A stretch of DNA of 64,000 nt from Octopus sinensis (GCF_006345805.1 NC_042997.1:73470001-73534000); one strand, 5' to 3'; counted from the stretch's first letter, positions 27,500-41,026 are shown. Notes: generated from the letters alone by a model not told the origin. Numbers and translations are program-made.

Positions 27500-28900
27500 A
27501 TTGTACTTTCCTGCATATCGACAATGCGAGTTTCAATTCCAATTTCTTTCAGTCGTTTAGATAGTATTTTGGGTGTTGTAGACCAGTTATTACAGGAATA
27601 ACTGTCTTGGTCTTCCACGGTATCATAAGCTCTCTGACTAAATACTGATATTTCTCATTTTTACCATTTCTTTGGTGTCGACTGCGCTATCATAGCTATT
27701 TGCAAAATCTATGGTCTTGTAGTTTGTTTACTTTGTCGTCTATAACCATGTCTGGTTTTCTTGCCTCAGTGGTATCGTCAGTCTTTATGACGAAGTCCCA
27801 CAAGATCTTGTAATTCTCATTTTCTATCAAGGTGTTCGATATAAACCCACAAGTCAGCAATGCACGGGCGCTGAACAGTTTTTGTTGCTCTACCGAGCAA
27901 TTGTTGCTCTACATTGCGGATATCCAGCCTCGGAAAACAGGATTAAGCCTGCAACCATGATTTGTGGTTGACTCTATCGAAGTCGTTTAGTTGATCCAAA
28001 ATTAAAAGGGCCCAACCCATGCCGGCGTCTTTACCTACCTTGCGTATGATATCTGTTCGGGATTGCGCATGTTTGCGCATCACCAGTCAGTTCCTCAACA
28101 ACAAGCGACAACCTCTTCGTTAACACCTTGGCCAACATTTTCAAATATGTGTTCAGCAGCGTTGTGGGCCTAAAAAGTTTCTATTTGATCCCCTTTTGGG
28201 GTCCGTTCACATTAGTGTCACTGCTCCACAACGCAGAGAGGTAATAATTTTATCGTTCTGCTACCTGTTGCGGCAGATAGCTGCTAAGAGGCGGTCAAAC
28301 AAGTCTAGCATATAAAAGTAAAACTCAATGACAAACCATCGAAACGAGGCAGTTTTCCCCTGTAAATGCCATCACTGCATCCCGTATTTTCGCAGCTGTT
28401 ATCGTTTGCGCAACGTTCCGCCTCTCTTTCCGAGAGTTGTGGCATGCCGTCGAGGATGGTACTGAAGTCCATCTTGCGTTCCTCACTACCATTCACCCCA
28501 AACAGTTGATGCAAATGGTACTGAGAAATCGCACGCATTTTGGTCTACAAAACACCGAATCACGGTTTTGTTGCCACGTTGCACTTCTGTCGAGCGACTT
28601 TCGTTCCTTCATTTCTTTGGCGTTGAAGAATTGGTCCAGGATCAGTCCCGCTATGAGCACGTCGGTTGATATGTCTTTCCCAAGCACCTGTTCTCAGTTT
28701 CCTTCAATTGTATTTCACGTTATCGCAAATGCCATACTAAATTTAATAGATTCTACTCTAATTGCTGATTTCAGAGTAAACCATCATATGTTTTTGACAA
28801 CTGACCACGTCAAATCCTGCTTAACTATTTCATTAATCTGGTCTCTGTAAGCTTGACACACCGGGGGTTACACGTTTATTGTCCAGTAGATGAGTTCCTG
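27500..28900 (-). mobile_element. Decayed R4/Dong-clade retrotransposon (RT remnant plus restriction-like endonuclease)
   Basis: Minus translation ENENYKILWDFVIKTDDTTEARKPDMV near 27740-27830 (RLE PD motif); GIYRGK..DGLS (cf. GIFQGDSLS) in ORF 28305. Confidence 0.75.
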
Positions 28901-29591
28901 CCTAAAAAGCCTATTTAGGTCGATCATGCAGATCACAAACTTGTGGTCTGTGTAGCCGATGATTAAAAAAAGAAAGTGTACATCTTATGCTATCCTTATC
29001 TACTGGCTTACGGTCTACTCTATTTAGATACGACTTAGATAACCCGATGCAGTCAGTGCAAGTCAACACTGACACATTCGGAAGATCCAATTAGTATCTA
29101 TTATTCAGCTGGAAACGTCTGTGCCGGTTTGCGAGGTTTTTGCAAACCACCCTTCTAGCAACTATTCCTACACAGTTTAAACGTGTGTCCAAGACGGCGT
29201 TTCAGTAACCCAGTAGCACTTAAGGTTGTGACGTCTTCTGGAAACAACTATTGCTGTTGTTGTTGTTGCTATTGCTATTGTTGTTATTGTTGCTGTTGAT
29301 GCTAGTGTTGCTTCTGCTACTACTGCTGCTGTTGCTTTGACTGATTGTTACAATTTCACTATTCCGTTCTGTGAAAAGATTACTTTTCTTTTCCGACATC
29401 TTTCTTTTTCAAACAGAAAACTGAAGGGTGTGTCTACTAAACAAACACCAATTTAGCTCCAAAGGGCTACAGATGTAGAACTCAAACCTTAGGTTACCTA
29501 TAAAATGACAATAAATGTACAAAATATAACCTTGTGTAATAACAAAGTTACGCCAGTCATATACAATACGTGTTGATAGACGAACAAACTA

Positions 29592-29813
29592 ATAATAATA
29601 ATGATTTCAAATTTTGGAACAAGGGCAGCTATTTCGGATGAGGGGATAAGTTGGTTATATTGACCCCGGTGTCCAACTGGTACTTATTTTATCGACCTCG
29701 AATGAGGACAGGCAAAGTCGAACTCGGCGGCATGTGAACTCAGAACATAAAGATGGACTTAATGTCGCTATGCATTCAGTCCGGCGTGCTAACGATTCTG
29801 CCAGCTCGACGCC

Positions 29814-29818
<5 letters not shown>
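29592..29818 (-). mobile_element. tRNA-derived SINE (family 4) with conserved central domain
   Basis: Own strand ggcgtcgagctggcagaatcgttagcacgccgg...gagttc...gactttgcc...tcgataaaataagtaccag; homologous to 37686, 47404 and 57850-58196. Confidence 0.85.
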
Positions 29819-29874
<56 letters not shown>

Positions 29875-29924
29875 TAATAATAATAATAGTAGTAGTAGTA
29901 GCAGCAGCAGCAGCAGCAGTAGTG

Positions 29925-29963
<39 letters not shown>

Positions 29964-29969
29964 ATAATG

Positions 29970-30035
<66 letters not shown>
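29815..30035. repeat. (AAT)n/(AGT)n/(AGC)n compound tract
   Basis: Direct reading. Confidence 0.95.
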
Positions 30036-30036
<1 letters not shown>

Positions 30037-30167
30037 TAATTTAAAAAATGAACGAACTAGTGAGTTTAGTTTAATGGCCTACGAATGTATACTATGCGTT
30101 TCTTTGCCCTAGGAGTCGGGAAGACACTCGGCAAGAAATGGAAGCAAATTTGAAAGAAGAAAAAAAG

Positions 30168-30205
<38 letters not shown>

Positions 30206-30206
30206 C

Positions 30207-32064
30207 ATAAAATTCATAGAGCACTCTATGAATAAATGGCAAACAGTCCTACACCTCCAAACAAAAGAGGGACTCATGAAAACCAAAGACATCCCCATTA
30301 GAAGAGGAATATTCCAGGGAGACACGCTCTCTCCACTCCTTTTCTGCTTGGCACTGTCACTTCTATCTGATATACTAAATAGAACTGGATGCGGATATAA
30401 ATGTTACGGCAAAACGATCAGCCACCTTTTATATATGTATGACCTAAAACTATACGCTGCAAATGACAAACAGCTGGAAACACTATTAAAGACAGTTCAT
30501 GGATTTACCAAAGAAATAGATATGAAATTTGGATTAGAAAAATGCGCCAAAGTAACCATGAAAAGAGGAAAACTAGTTAAGAGTAACATCACACTAGATA
30601 AAACCAATGAAATAAAAGAATTAGACCAAAGCCAAACTTACAAATACTTAGGAATCCATGAACTAGATAAGACACAACACACACAAATGAAAGAGAAAAT
30701 AAAAAAAGAATATTATAGACGAGTTAGATCAATACTAAAAACAGAGCTCAATGCTAAAAACAAGATAATAGGTATCAACACTTTAGCTGTCCCAGTTATA
30801 AGTTACAGCTACAATATCCTTAACTGGACACGAAATGAACTGACCAAAACAGATAGGAAAACAAGAAAAATAATGACATGCATCACCCAAAATCTGACAT
30901 AGAAAGACTATATATACAACGTATAGAAGGTGGCAGAGGCCTTATACAGCTGGAAAACTACTATAAAATAACCAACATAGGACTGCAAAAATATCTACTT
31001 CAGAAGGAAGGAAAACTGATCCAGATAGCGGCAAAACACGAGCAAAACAAAAAACTGTTCTCAGTATTTAAGGAAGCTGACAAATACAAACAAGAAATCA
31101 TAACACCTAATAAACATGAAGAAGAAGAAGAAGAAGATGAAGAAACAACAAAAGCTATAAAACAAATGAAATCCAAACTAAAAATAGAACAGCAACGAAC
31201 CATGATAAAACGATGGCAAGAAAAGCCCCTTCATGGTAAATACTGGACTAAACTAAACGCAAAAGAAATAGACAAAGAAAAATCCCAGCAATGGTTGAGA
31301 AGCTCAGGACTCAAAGCAGAGACAGAGGGATTTTTAATTGCAGCACAAGACCAAATCCTCCCCACCAGAAATTACCAAAAACATGTAATGAAAAGAAATA
31401 TAACAAGTAACTGCAGAATATGTGGAGATGGACAAGAAACAATAAATCATATTATCTCTAGCTGCCCAGTCCTGGCTAAGAAGGAATATATTCACAGACA
31501 TGACAGAGTTGGAACCTACATACATTGGAAGCTATGGAATAACAACAGAAAAAGATGGTATAGGCACACACCAGAAAAGGTCACAGAAAACGAGAAAGCA
31601 ACCATACTCTGGGATATGCCGATATACACAGATAGAGAAATTAAGGCCAACAGACCAGATATAGTTGTCAGAGATCATGAAGAAAAAAAAATGCTTTCTA
31701 ATTGATGTATCAATACCGGCAGATGACAACGTGGCTCTAAAAGAAATGGAGAAACTCTCAAAATACAAAAACCTGGAAATAGAGGTAACTAGAATGTGGA
31801 ATCTGAAAACAGAAACAATTCCTATCATAGTAGGTGCATTAGGCATGATCAAAAAATATTCAGACAAATACATAACAAAAACACCAGGACTTACAAACAC
31901 ATATAACATACAGAAAATTGCACTACTAGGCACTGCACACATCCTACGCAGAACACTTTCCATACAATAACCATCAGAGCATCACAACAAATCATAGCAC
32001 ATACCCAAGGCACACAGAGCTGCGCTCGGTAGTGAAGTGAAAGCACGCTATAAAAATAAAACTA

Positions 32065-32068
<4 letters not shown>
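30207..32068 (+). mobile_element. 5'-truncated R4/Dong-clade non-LTR retrotransposon (RT C-half, CCHC finger, RLE endonuclease, 3' UTR)
   Basis: ORF 30138 RRGIFQGDTLSPLLF...HLLYMYDLKLY (catalytic YMDD mutated); ORF 30878 AAQDQ...CRICGDGQETINHIISSC...RPDIVV; ORF 31665 LIDVSIP...KLSKY. Two frameshifts. Ends at ctactgaat followed by (AAT)n. Confidence 0.95.
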
Positions 32069-32141
<73 letters not shown>

Positions 32142-32240
32142 TAATAATAATTATTATTATTATTCTTATTCTTCTTATTATTATTATCATTATTATTATT
32201 ATCATTATTATTATCATTATTATTATTGTTATTATTATTA
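32069..32240. repeat. (AAT)n followed by (ATT)n
   Basis: Direct reading; retrotransposon tail abutting the reverse tail of the next element. Confidence 0.92.
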
Positions 32241-32522
32241 TCGAGTGAGAGAGCAGTGCATGCAGTCAAACACATCCCGCTCAAAAGGTCCCTGAATAAG
32301 GGTTGTTTAAAGATGTTCAAATTTTTAGAGATAGTTCACAATGCATCTATAGCTACTGGAGTACATTTTACCCGCACTTTCCAGAGTATCTGTAAATGGT
32401 TAGTTCCTGGTACTTTGATATTTTTTCTATACATTTGATATTGACTCTTTCATCATTTGGGACTGTAAAGTTAATCATCTGGCATTTTCTATTCTCTTTA
32501 TTTACTACTACTGCTGCTGCTG

Positions 32523-32567
<45 letters not shown>

Positions 32568-32569
32568 TA

Positions 32570-35500
32570 AATCAGGCATTCTAGCTTCTTTTACTCTATC
32601 AGCCTGAATGTTAAAGTCCCTCAACATCTTGTATTTCTTACTTTCTAGTACTTTACTAGGTTCATATTCATACCATTTGCCAGTATGTTCATAGGTTTCT
32701 ATTTAACTCTCAGTGGATTGCTCTCCCTAGATTATCATGTCTTTTCTTATATTCTTTCTGTGCCAGCATGCTAGTTTTACTTACTATATGAATAACGCTT
32801 TCCTCTGTTGATTTGTATAACCTACATTGCGAATCTACTTAGTTTTTGTCCATCTTGACTTTTATCCACTTAATCCTTAATGTTTAATCTTGTGCAGCTA
32901 CTAACAAATTCCCTGTCTCCCTTTTCAGCTTTCCTTTCTGCAATCATAACCATGTCTCACTCCTATTATTTGCTGAAACAATCTTTGGGTATCTACATGC
33001 AAAGCATTCACTTGCCAGTTGGATAATTTCTGTTCTTTTCCTAGTTTTTAACTTTGATTGGATTCTTGGTTTCCCAATGTTTTATTGTGATTCTAGCATA
33101 TTTTAATAAACTTTCTTCACTATTACTTAGGTATGAGTCTATATCTACTCTAGCTAACACCACGCAGTCTTCTACTGATATTAACCATTTTCCGCCTTCC
33201 TTTCTAGGTAAATATTATCTTGCTATTCCTGCACTTCGATGGAGTCTTCCATTCATATTGAATTCCTTCCTAGTTCTTCTGTCTAGTTTTGCTAGTTCAG
33301 TTTTTCTCCAATCTACAAAAGCTGCTGAGTATTTAAGTAAAGATACTTTCCAAGTATTTATAGCCTTCACTAGATCGGGACCATTTAGCTTTGACTTCAT
33401 TGGCTTCCTTATCCTTCTGATGTACTCCTTCTCAATTTTCAGTTTGATTTCTATATTTAGTACTTTGTCAGATTCTAATACTCCTAGATACTTATAACTC
33501 TCTCTCCTCCTTTCATTTATTTTAATGTCTTATCATCAGGTAATTGGATGCCTTTGCTGTTGACTACCTGTCCCTTTCTCATGACTAATATTGCACATTT
33601 CCTATGTCAAATTGCATGCTTATACCTTTGCTGAAGAATGGTACACTCTGTATCAAGGAATCTATCTGTTTTTCATACTTAATAAAAAGCTTCAGATCAT
33701 CCATGTAGAGTAAATGGTTAATGTTTCCCTTACTATTTCTGAACTGGTACCTTGCCTTTGCTTTCCTCAATACTAAGCTGACTGGGATCAAGCATAAGAC
33801 AAATATTAAAGGGGACAACGTGGCCCCTGGAGAATTCCTCTTTTGATATTATCATTCCCTAAGAATGTTACCTGAGTACTTTCTATTTCTACAAGCTAAA
33901 GCTAATTCTCTTATGTTGACAGCTATACTGAATTTACTCCAACATTCACTTATCCATGAGTGTGGGATCATGTTATAAGCTTTCCTATAAACCATCCATG
34001 CTACTGTTAGATGTTTCTTACTAGCTTTTACTTCGTTTAGAACTGCTTTGTCTATGTATAATAGATCATGCGTTTCTCTAGCCTTCTTTCTGCAACCGTT
34101 CTGTTCCTCTGGCAATAAATTCTAGTTGTCAAGGTGCTCGTAAATGCTTTCTGAAAGCATTCCTCTTAACAGTTTCTGTACTAATAGTAAGCAAGCAAGT
34201 GGTCTATAGCTGCTAGCTGTATTACTCTTCCTTCTATCTTTCATAATGAGTATTGCCCTCCCACTATTCATCCAATCTGGTATTATTCCTCCATTAAGGA
34301 AATCCTGAAATTGTTCCCTCAGCCTCTCATGTAAACCACTAAATTTCTTTGGCAAGTACCCTGGAACTAAATCCGGTCCTGGGCCCTTTCATTCGGCATT
34401 TTCCTAACACTTTACTCATTAATGCTCTGGTTAGTCTTAGATCTGGCTGCTTCTCAGTTACTACTCCTTCCCTCCCTTTTTTTAACCATACTGTATCTTC
34501 ATTGTGATTGACAGGATTATCCCAAATATTACTTCAGAAATTTCTTGCTTCTTCTGAATTAGGTTTCTCATCTTCAATACTTTTTTCACTATTTATTTGG
34601 TTACGAAATCTTCTCTAGTCTGTCTCAAAGAATCTATTCTGTTGATACTGATCTATTCTGTTCTGATATTTGGAGAATTTGCCTGCTGCTGCTATGATAC
34701 CCTGTTTCAACTCTTCTATTACTGTCCTAAATCCTTTCCCTTTGACTATGTATCTTTTCTGAAGGGAAGATTTGCATCATATGTTTTCTAGCTTGTTCAG
34801 TTTTCTATTCTATTCAGATGTCTTAAAGTCTTCACTTTATTTTTCTTTCCCACATTTGCTCCTTTTTAATCTTTCCTTATGAGATATATAATCTTGTATT
34901 GACTACTGCCTCTCCTGCGTAGATCAATAAGTTACTGTCTCCTATATTTTAGAATATATCCTACTGATAACATAATCTTCTTTGCTAGTCATTTCTAGCA
35001 GCTTCCTTTTGTTGGTGCCTTTTAATGTTGGTAAGCTTTTCTACTTCCTTACTCATTACTCATCTAAAACCTTCCGATCTTCCTCAATTAAATCCCTTAA
35101 GTCGATGGTGCCAGTTGGCCCTTTCTTATTGGTAGCGCAGTTGTTATGTTTTCATTTAGGTTCTTCTTTGGTTTGAGCTGTATCTCTTATGTTGTTGCTT
35201 GTCTTTCCTACCACTTCGTCTTTCTTTTCCAATTCTCTTGTGATCCCTTCTACTTCAACTTCTATCATCCACTTTTTTCTAATAGCATTAGCTTGATCTA
35301 TAAATCTCAGCTCATTCACTTTAAATATACCCTTCTCTACCCAGTGTTAACATCCGTTTTCTATAGCCCCTTCTTTTAGGTTCACTTACTAAGTAGCGCT
35401 GCATCACTATCCTGTTTTCTTCGCTGGTCCACTTCCTCCTCCTTACTCTATTATCTACTGGTGTTGCATTAGGATACAGCTTTGTTCAGTCTGCATTTTT

Positions 35501-35650
35501 ACTTGACCGCTGCCGAGCGAGAAGCCTTCCCTTGAAGGTCCAGCTTCATTCTCGCTTTTACAACCAGCGTTCCTTCGGAAACTCCTGTCTCTTATAAACT
35601 AAGGTAGGTTAACGTCCGTCACCATTGTCATCACCACAATTACTTTTCGA
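32570..35650 (-). mobile_element. Near full-length but decayed R4/Dong-clade retrotransposon
   Basis: Minus ORFs 34122 (IPDWMNSGRAILIMKD), 33852 (EEQNGCR...YRKAYNMIPHSWI), 33585 (SPLIFVLCL...NHLLYMDDLKLF) and 33215 (NLVKAINTW-like); N-terminal RGYRKRM remnant near 35350. Same family as 8700-11100. Confidence 0.9.
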
Positions 35651-35852
35651 CATCTGATAGCTTCAAACAACTTTATATAACATCATTCGTTGCACCTTTG
35701 TGTTGGTAGGGTAGTGCATTCTTTGTGGGATGGGGGATATTATTTTATATCAGTATGTTTTGTTATGGGGTTTGGTTTGAGTTTTCTTTTATATTCTTTC
35801 TTGTATTGTGTATTGTTTCTGCAGCGCAGGTTGTGTTCTTCTGTCGGGTATA

Positions 35853-35930
35853 TGGCGTAGTGGTTAAGAGCGCCTGCTACTAAACCCAAGATTCCGAGTT
35901 CGATTCCAGACAGTGACCTGAATAATAATG

Positions 35931-35991
<61 letters not shown>

Positions 35992-36180
35992 CAACAACAA
36001 CATCGAAAAATACCTTAGGAATGAGAACCCAGGTTCGAAATTTCCCCAAGACACCTGATGATGGCAGGAGGGTATATCAACCGAAACGTTGTGTCAACAA
36101 CAAACAAGATGAGGACAAGTATCTGTCAAATATAAATAATGTAAATAATGAACGTAATTCCTCATCTCTTAAATATAGAA
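35853..36180 (+). mobile_element. tRNA-head/(AAT)n/hammerhead-tail SINE (family 1), best-preserved copy
   Basis: A box TGGCGTAGTGG 35853-35863; B box GAGTTCGATTCC 35896-35907; (AAT)n(AAC)n linker 35921-36001; hammerhead motif 36050-36095. Confidence 0.9.
36050..36095 (+). ncRNA. Minimal type I hammerhead ribozyme motif (Penelope-type)
   Basis: GACAC-CTGATGA-[stem II]-GAAAC-GT-T-GTGTC: stem I GACAC/GTGTC (5 bp), intact CUGAUGA and GAAA core, palindromic ACGU helix III. Stem II is weakened in this copy (family consensus GGCTG/CAGCC). Activity is untested. Confidence 0.7.
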
Positions 36181-36900
36181 CCGTATAAACCCTGTCTATC
36201 ACAAGGTAGTTCTTGGTGCCCTTGGATCCTTTTCGGCTCCCTTTTGTTCTACTGGCAATAGATTGTTTTCCGCAAGGAACGTATAAATTTTTCCTGCGAT
36301 GGTACCTGTTAATACTTTCCATAGGAGATTAAGACAAACAATGGGTCGGTAATTGCCAACCTTATTGCCCTTTCACCGATTTTTCATTAACAACGGAGTT
36401 CTTCTTTCTACAATCCACACCGGAACCCCACCGCTCTGTAGGCAATTGCCTAATTGCAACGCAATTCTTTTGTGTTTTGACTTAAACCACTTGAGCCAGT
36501 AGCCTCGAATTTCATCAGGTCCTGCCGCTTTCCAGTTTGTCAGTTTTGATATCTGTGCAATGACATCTTCCGTTGTTATACGCACACAGTCCTGTCATGG
36601 AGCCTCCAAGTGATGGAGTTCGGATCTCACAGAATGAATCCACTCTGCACAGTAATTGTACAAAATTTCTCCCAGATGTTATTCCAAAATTGGCGGGTTT
36701 CTTCTGCTTCAGGAGATGTATTATCTTCTGTATTTCCTCCTAAGCTCTCAAAAAACTACCTCTGGTTATTTGAAAATAACCGGTTTTATTGGAACTGCAA
36801 TATGCGATTAGTGTAACGCTGTACCTTTAATGTTTTAGCACCTTCCGGAGTATTCGAGCGGTTCCAAGCAGTGCTGTTTTCTGCAAGTGCTCCACCCTTA
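36181..36900 (-). mobile_element. R4/Dong-like RT-upstream fragment
   Basis: ORF 36373 KLTNWKAAGPDEIRGYWLKWFKS; ORF 36077 ends in KGSRKGSKGTKNYLVIDR. Confidence 0.85.
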
Positions 36901-36971
36901 TCGCGGCCACTATTTGTTCCATGTACTTCTCATGTTTTCATCATCATCATCATCATCATTATTATTATTAT

Positions 36972-37530
36972 TACTGAGTGAGAGAGCAGTTCATGCCATC
37001 AAAGTGACACTGGGGTAAAATATACGAAGCCCAGTATACCCATCATGACTACCCGTCTGATAAGGGTACACCAGGCACATGCATCACAACCATATGTGCG
37101 CGACATGGTGATCTCATATCAAGATAAACTGCACATGACCTTGCAGGTGGGGCCCAGTTAGAATTTTCTTCAGGTTGAGTAGCCCATCCCGCTCAAACGG
37201 TCCCTGAATAAGAGTTGTTTAAGGATGTTGAAAGAACCACCCATGTTTCCAGAGGTGAATTATTCAAACCCCAAAGAATTCCTCTCAACACATGGCTATG
37301 ATGCTCCCCCACTACTTCTGCTCGTGATCAGAGATGCACATATCGTCAGCCACTAAGGGACATGCTCAACTGGTTAAGGTCAAACAACTGACAAGCAAAT
37401 CTGTGGTATTGAGCAGAATATTTGCTGTAGCCCATCTTTTATACCAAGACAGAACAATGTACATCATAACACTTCCAATCAGTTAAGATCAGAAGCCATG
37501 AGAGCCACTGCCTGGTACTGCATCAGGGCA
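36972..37530 (-). mobile_element. ~560-bp non-coding interspersed element with (AAT)n tail
   Basis: A deleted partial copy at 32243-32315 shares gagtgagagagcag and catcccgctcaaa.ggtccctgaataag; both end in an AAT tail on the minus strand. Confidence 0.7.
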
Positions 37531-37556
37531 TAATAATAATAATAATAATAATAATA

Positions 37557-38035
<479 letters not shown>

Positions 38036-39141
38036 GTATCATTTGAACACTTGGATTCAAATATATAGACTAGGCCCACGCCCAAAAGTTCAAGCCTCGT
38101 GCCAATAATAGGAGGTTTTGGTTATTATTGTTGTATGAGATATCAATGAACTTTATTTGATAACTAATGGATTTGATTTCGATTTTAGTGCTTAATTATT
38201 CGTTAGTTTTGGGATGTATATCAAATATATAAATCCCGTTCTGTCTGTCTATTTTTTCAGCGCTTATAACTCGAGTATTGTTCGTCCGATCGCGCTAAAG
38301 TTTTAAACATCGATACATGAGAGAGTGGGGCGTTCCGTAATCTAAAAAGATGTTCAAAATTGTCAGTTTCAAAGTGAGAATCGCTATTTTTGTAATCTTT
38401 TTGTCCTGTTTCTTCCGCCATTCTGTTCATTAACCGACGTTCTAAACAATTCATTTCTACGTTTTCACATTTGAATGACATATATGTAAATATAGCTTGC
38501 TATTTGTAAATACAGTCTCACTTTGATTTAAATATTAGACCTCGAACAATTGCATTTATTTCTGCGTTTTCTCACGTTTGTAAGCGGCTAAAAAAATCGA
38601 ATTACTCTAACTTTAATTAACTGTAATCAACCACGTGCGTTCGCGGTCAAATGTGTTCTTACAACTGCTTTTCGTGCAATAAACCAGCTGACATGAAAAA
38701 TTACTAGGAAAAGGCAATTACAAAAAGGCAGCAAAATAATGAAAATAACTGGTGATTACTCAGTTTTCTGAAGATATTCTCAACAATATTCAATTGAAAG
38801 TAGAAAAGATTAATTGAGTGCTTATAAAATGTGAAAAATTTGACGGGTTACATCTAAAATCTTGCTTAACATTTCTCATTCAACTTTAAAAAATAAGCGG
38901 TATTGTTCAATTTTCTAGACAAAATTGATTTGCAAAGAATATGTCTTATGTTATTTGATTGCACATTGTGTTATTTCACCCCTGAGTTTCAACTCTTTTT
39001 TGTGTCAGTTTTTGAGAGACGAGAGACTTCCCTAAGCATTTTTTCACCCTTATTGAGTAACAGTTCTTGTTTGCCTGTCCATCGGGTGATTAAAACTTCC
39101 ATTTATATTTTTATTTGGAACTAATGTTACTTATCCCGTAG

Positions 39142-39277
39142 TTCTTACCACTACGCCAGTGGAAATCGAAATAAAATACGTAAAGCAACAGTCATCAAAT
39201 GCAAAAGAACTGTTTATTGCTTAAATATCATTGGCAATATTCACTTTGGAGATAAAACAGCGTTCAGTCAACATGAG
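39142..39277 (+). CDS. Candidate internal exon of an unidentified host gene
   Basis: Branch-like ctaat at 39121, acceptor ttatcccgtag|, open frame SYHYASGNRNKIRKATVIKCKRTVYCLNIIGNIHFGDKTAFSQHE, donor GAG|gtatgt; ends in phase 0. Confidence 0.6.
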
Positions 39278-40917
39278 GTATGTACTATGGAAGAGGACAT
39301 CGTGCTTATCCTAATGTGAAAGTGTTTGAGTGCAAAACGTTTAAGGTTAATTATGATGTCCGATTCCACTGGAAGGTGCATATATTGTGGGATGAAGAGC
39401 TTCCCTTCATTTTATTAGCTTCATGACAATTTTGAAAAGGTTCACTGTGTTAAGATTCACTATCAATCAGTTTTCCTTATTTAGAAGAAATAGTAAACAG
39501 TTTTAGCGTTTCAGGGATCTTTAATGCCCTAACCAAAAGTAACAACCCCATACAATCACCAAACATCTCCACACCGTCCAAGTTAACCCTCTTCACCTAT
39601 ACAAACCGTCCAATGGACGAGGAGGGGGCGTTCGCTAGTTGCATATACTTGGTGAAATTGTAGCATCAATCTCAGTTATATTTTCTCTCCGATACGATCA
39701 TAGTATCAAAATATTTTTCTTTATTATTTTCTAAATAAATATTTCATTTTTTACTTATCGTTGGTGTTTATAGCTTTGGATATATAAAAATGGAAGTAAG
39801 TAAATGACCTGAAATGACGTACGCATGGAAATATTCTCGAAATTAATGTCTATATTTTCATATGAATAAAAATTAATAAAGATATTATCGATAAAAGAGT
39901 TATTAATAGGTATGTTTATATGGTAACATAAATAAATATGTGACAATTATTACAATCAAACACAAGAAATGGACTTCGTTTTTTATCGGAGGAAATTTAT
40001 GTGATTAGAATCAATTATAACTACATGAACTATAAACCTCTTTTCGTTTTATTTAGCTTCCTAATGGGAATTTTGTGTTCTGTTTTTTTTTGTTTTTTTA
40101 TTGGTTTTTGTTTTCTCATAATTAATGTTTGAGGAATTAGTGTTAGTAGCATTTAAAATACTTACAAAATGTGTAATGGTTATCACGCTGATTCCAGTCG
40201 TTATTTAGAATACCGAACAAATAAATACAAAATTATGAACCAAACGAGAAAATGCTTTCTAACAGCGTTTAAATTTCTTTTGGACCATCTTGTTCTTTGT
40301 CTTGTTAGAAGAATAGAAGCATTTTGAGAGAAATTTTGTTGGAGAACAGTTTGGAATGAAAATGTGTGCGTTTGCGTGTGCAGCATATGTGTATGTATGT
40401 ATCTTCTGGTTGTCCACTGGATTAGATGATATTCAGATATAGTTGTGAATCCTTTGAGGACTAGCAGGGGTGGCAATTCTTTTGCTGGACGATAGGGTAA
40501 TAGTGAATTTAGGTACAACACTTGTGTCTACTACTCCTTTGAAGAAAAAGATTTAACCTTGTTGGAAAATTTGACTCTGTACTACGAGGCAGAATTTTGG
40601 CAAGATATATAACCGATTCCGTGCTTAAAACGAGGAGTGGAATATTCCCGCTTATGCCCGGTCACCTTCGGAAAGCAAACGTAACATTTTTAGATGGTGA
40701 CTCCGAAAAGTTGAGCAAGTTATCGAAAAGAACTACTCCCAGCATAAAATCAGCGTGACTTGTACGTGTGCTGCTATTTTCTTTTTGGCTTTTACCGAAC
40801 AGGCAGATATGAATTTCAAATTACATAGTTTCAGCTACCAAATATAAGTACGAGATGTAGGTATCAAAATGTAAAACCCAGAGATCAGAACGCAAGAGTA
40901 TAATATTGAATTTTTAG

Positions 40918-41026
40918 GGTGTACGGTATCATGATGCACAAGAGACCCACGTTTTCTGTGAATATGACAGGTTTTGGCAAATGGCCATCGACTTGGATTG
41001 GCTGTATACACTAACTTATGCAAAAG
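40918..41026 (+). CDS. Candidate internal exon of the same gene
   Basis: Acceptor aatttttag|, open frame GVRYHDAQETHVFCEYDRFWQMAIDLDWLYTLTYAK, donor AAAG|gtattt; starts in phase 0 (matches the previous exon) and ends in phase 1. Confidence 0.6.

Noticed and set aside
30138-30206. Apparent N-terminus MEANLKEEKKIIII… of the RT ORF
   Set aside because: This is read-through of upstream sequence and the (AAT)n tract; the element is 5'-truncated.
35853-35920. Functional tRNA gene
   Set aside because: A and B boxes are present but there is no complete acceptor stem, and the sequence continues into a multicopy SINE body.
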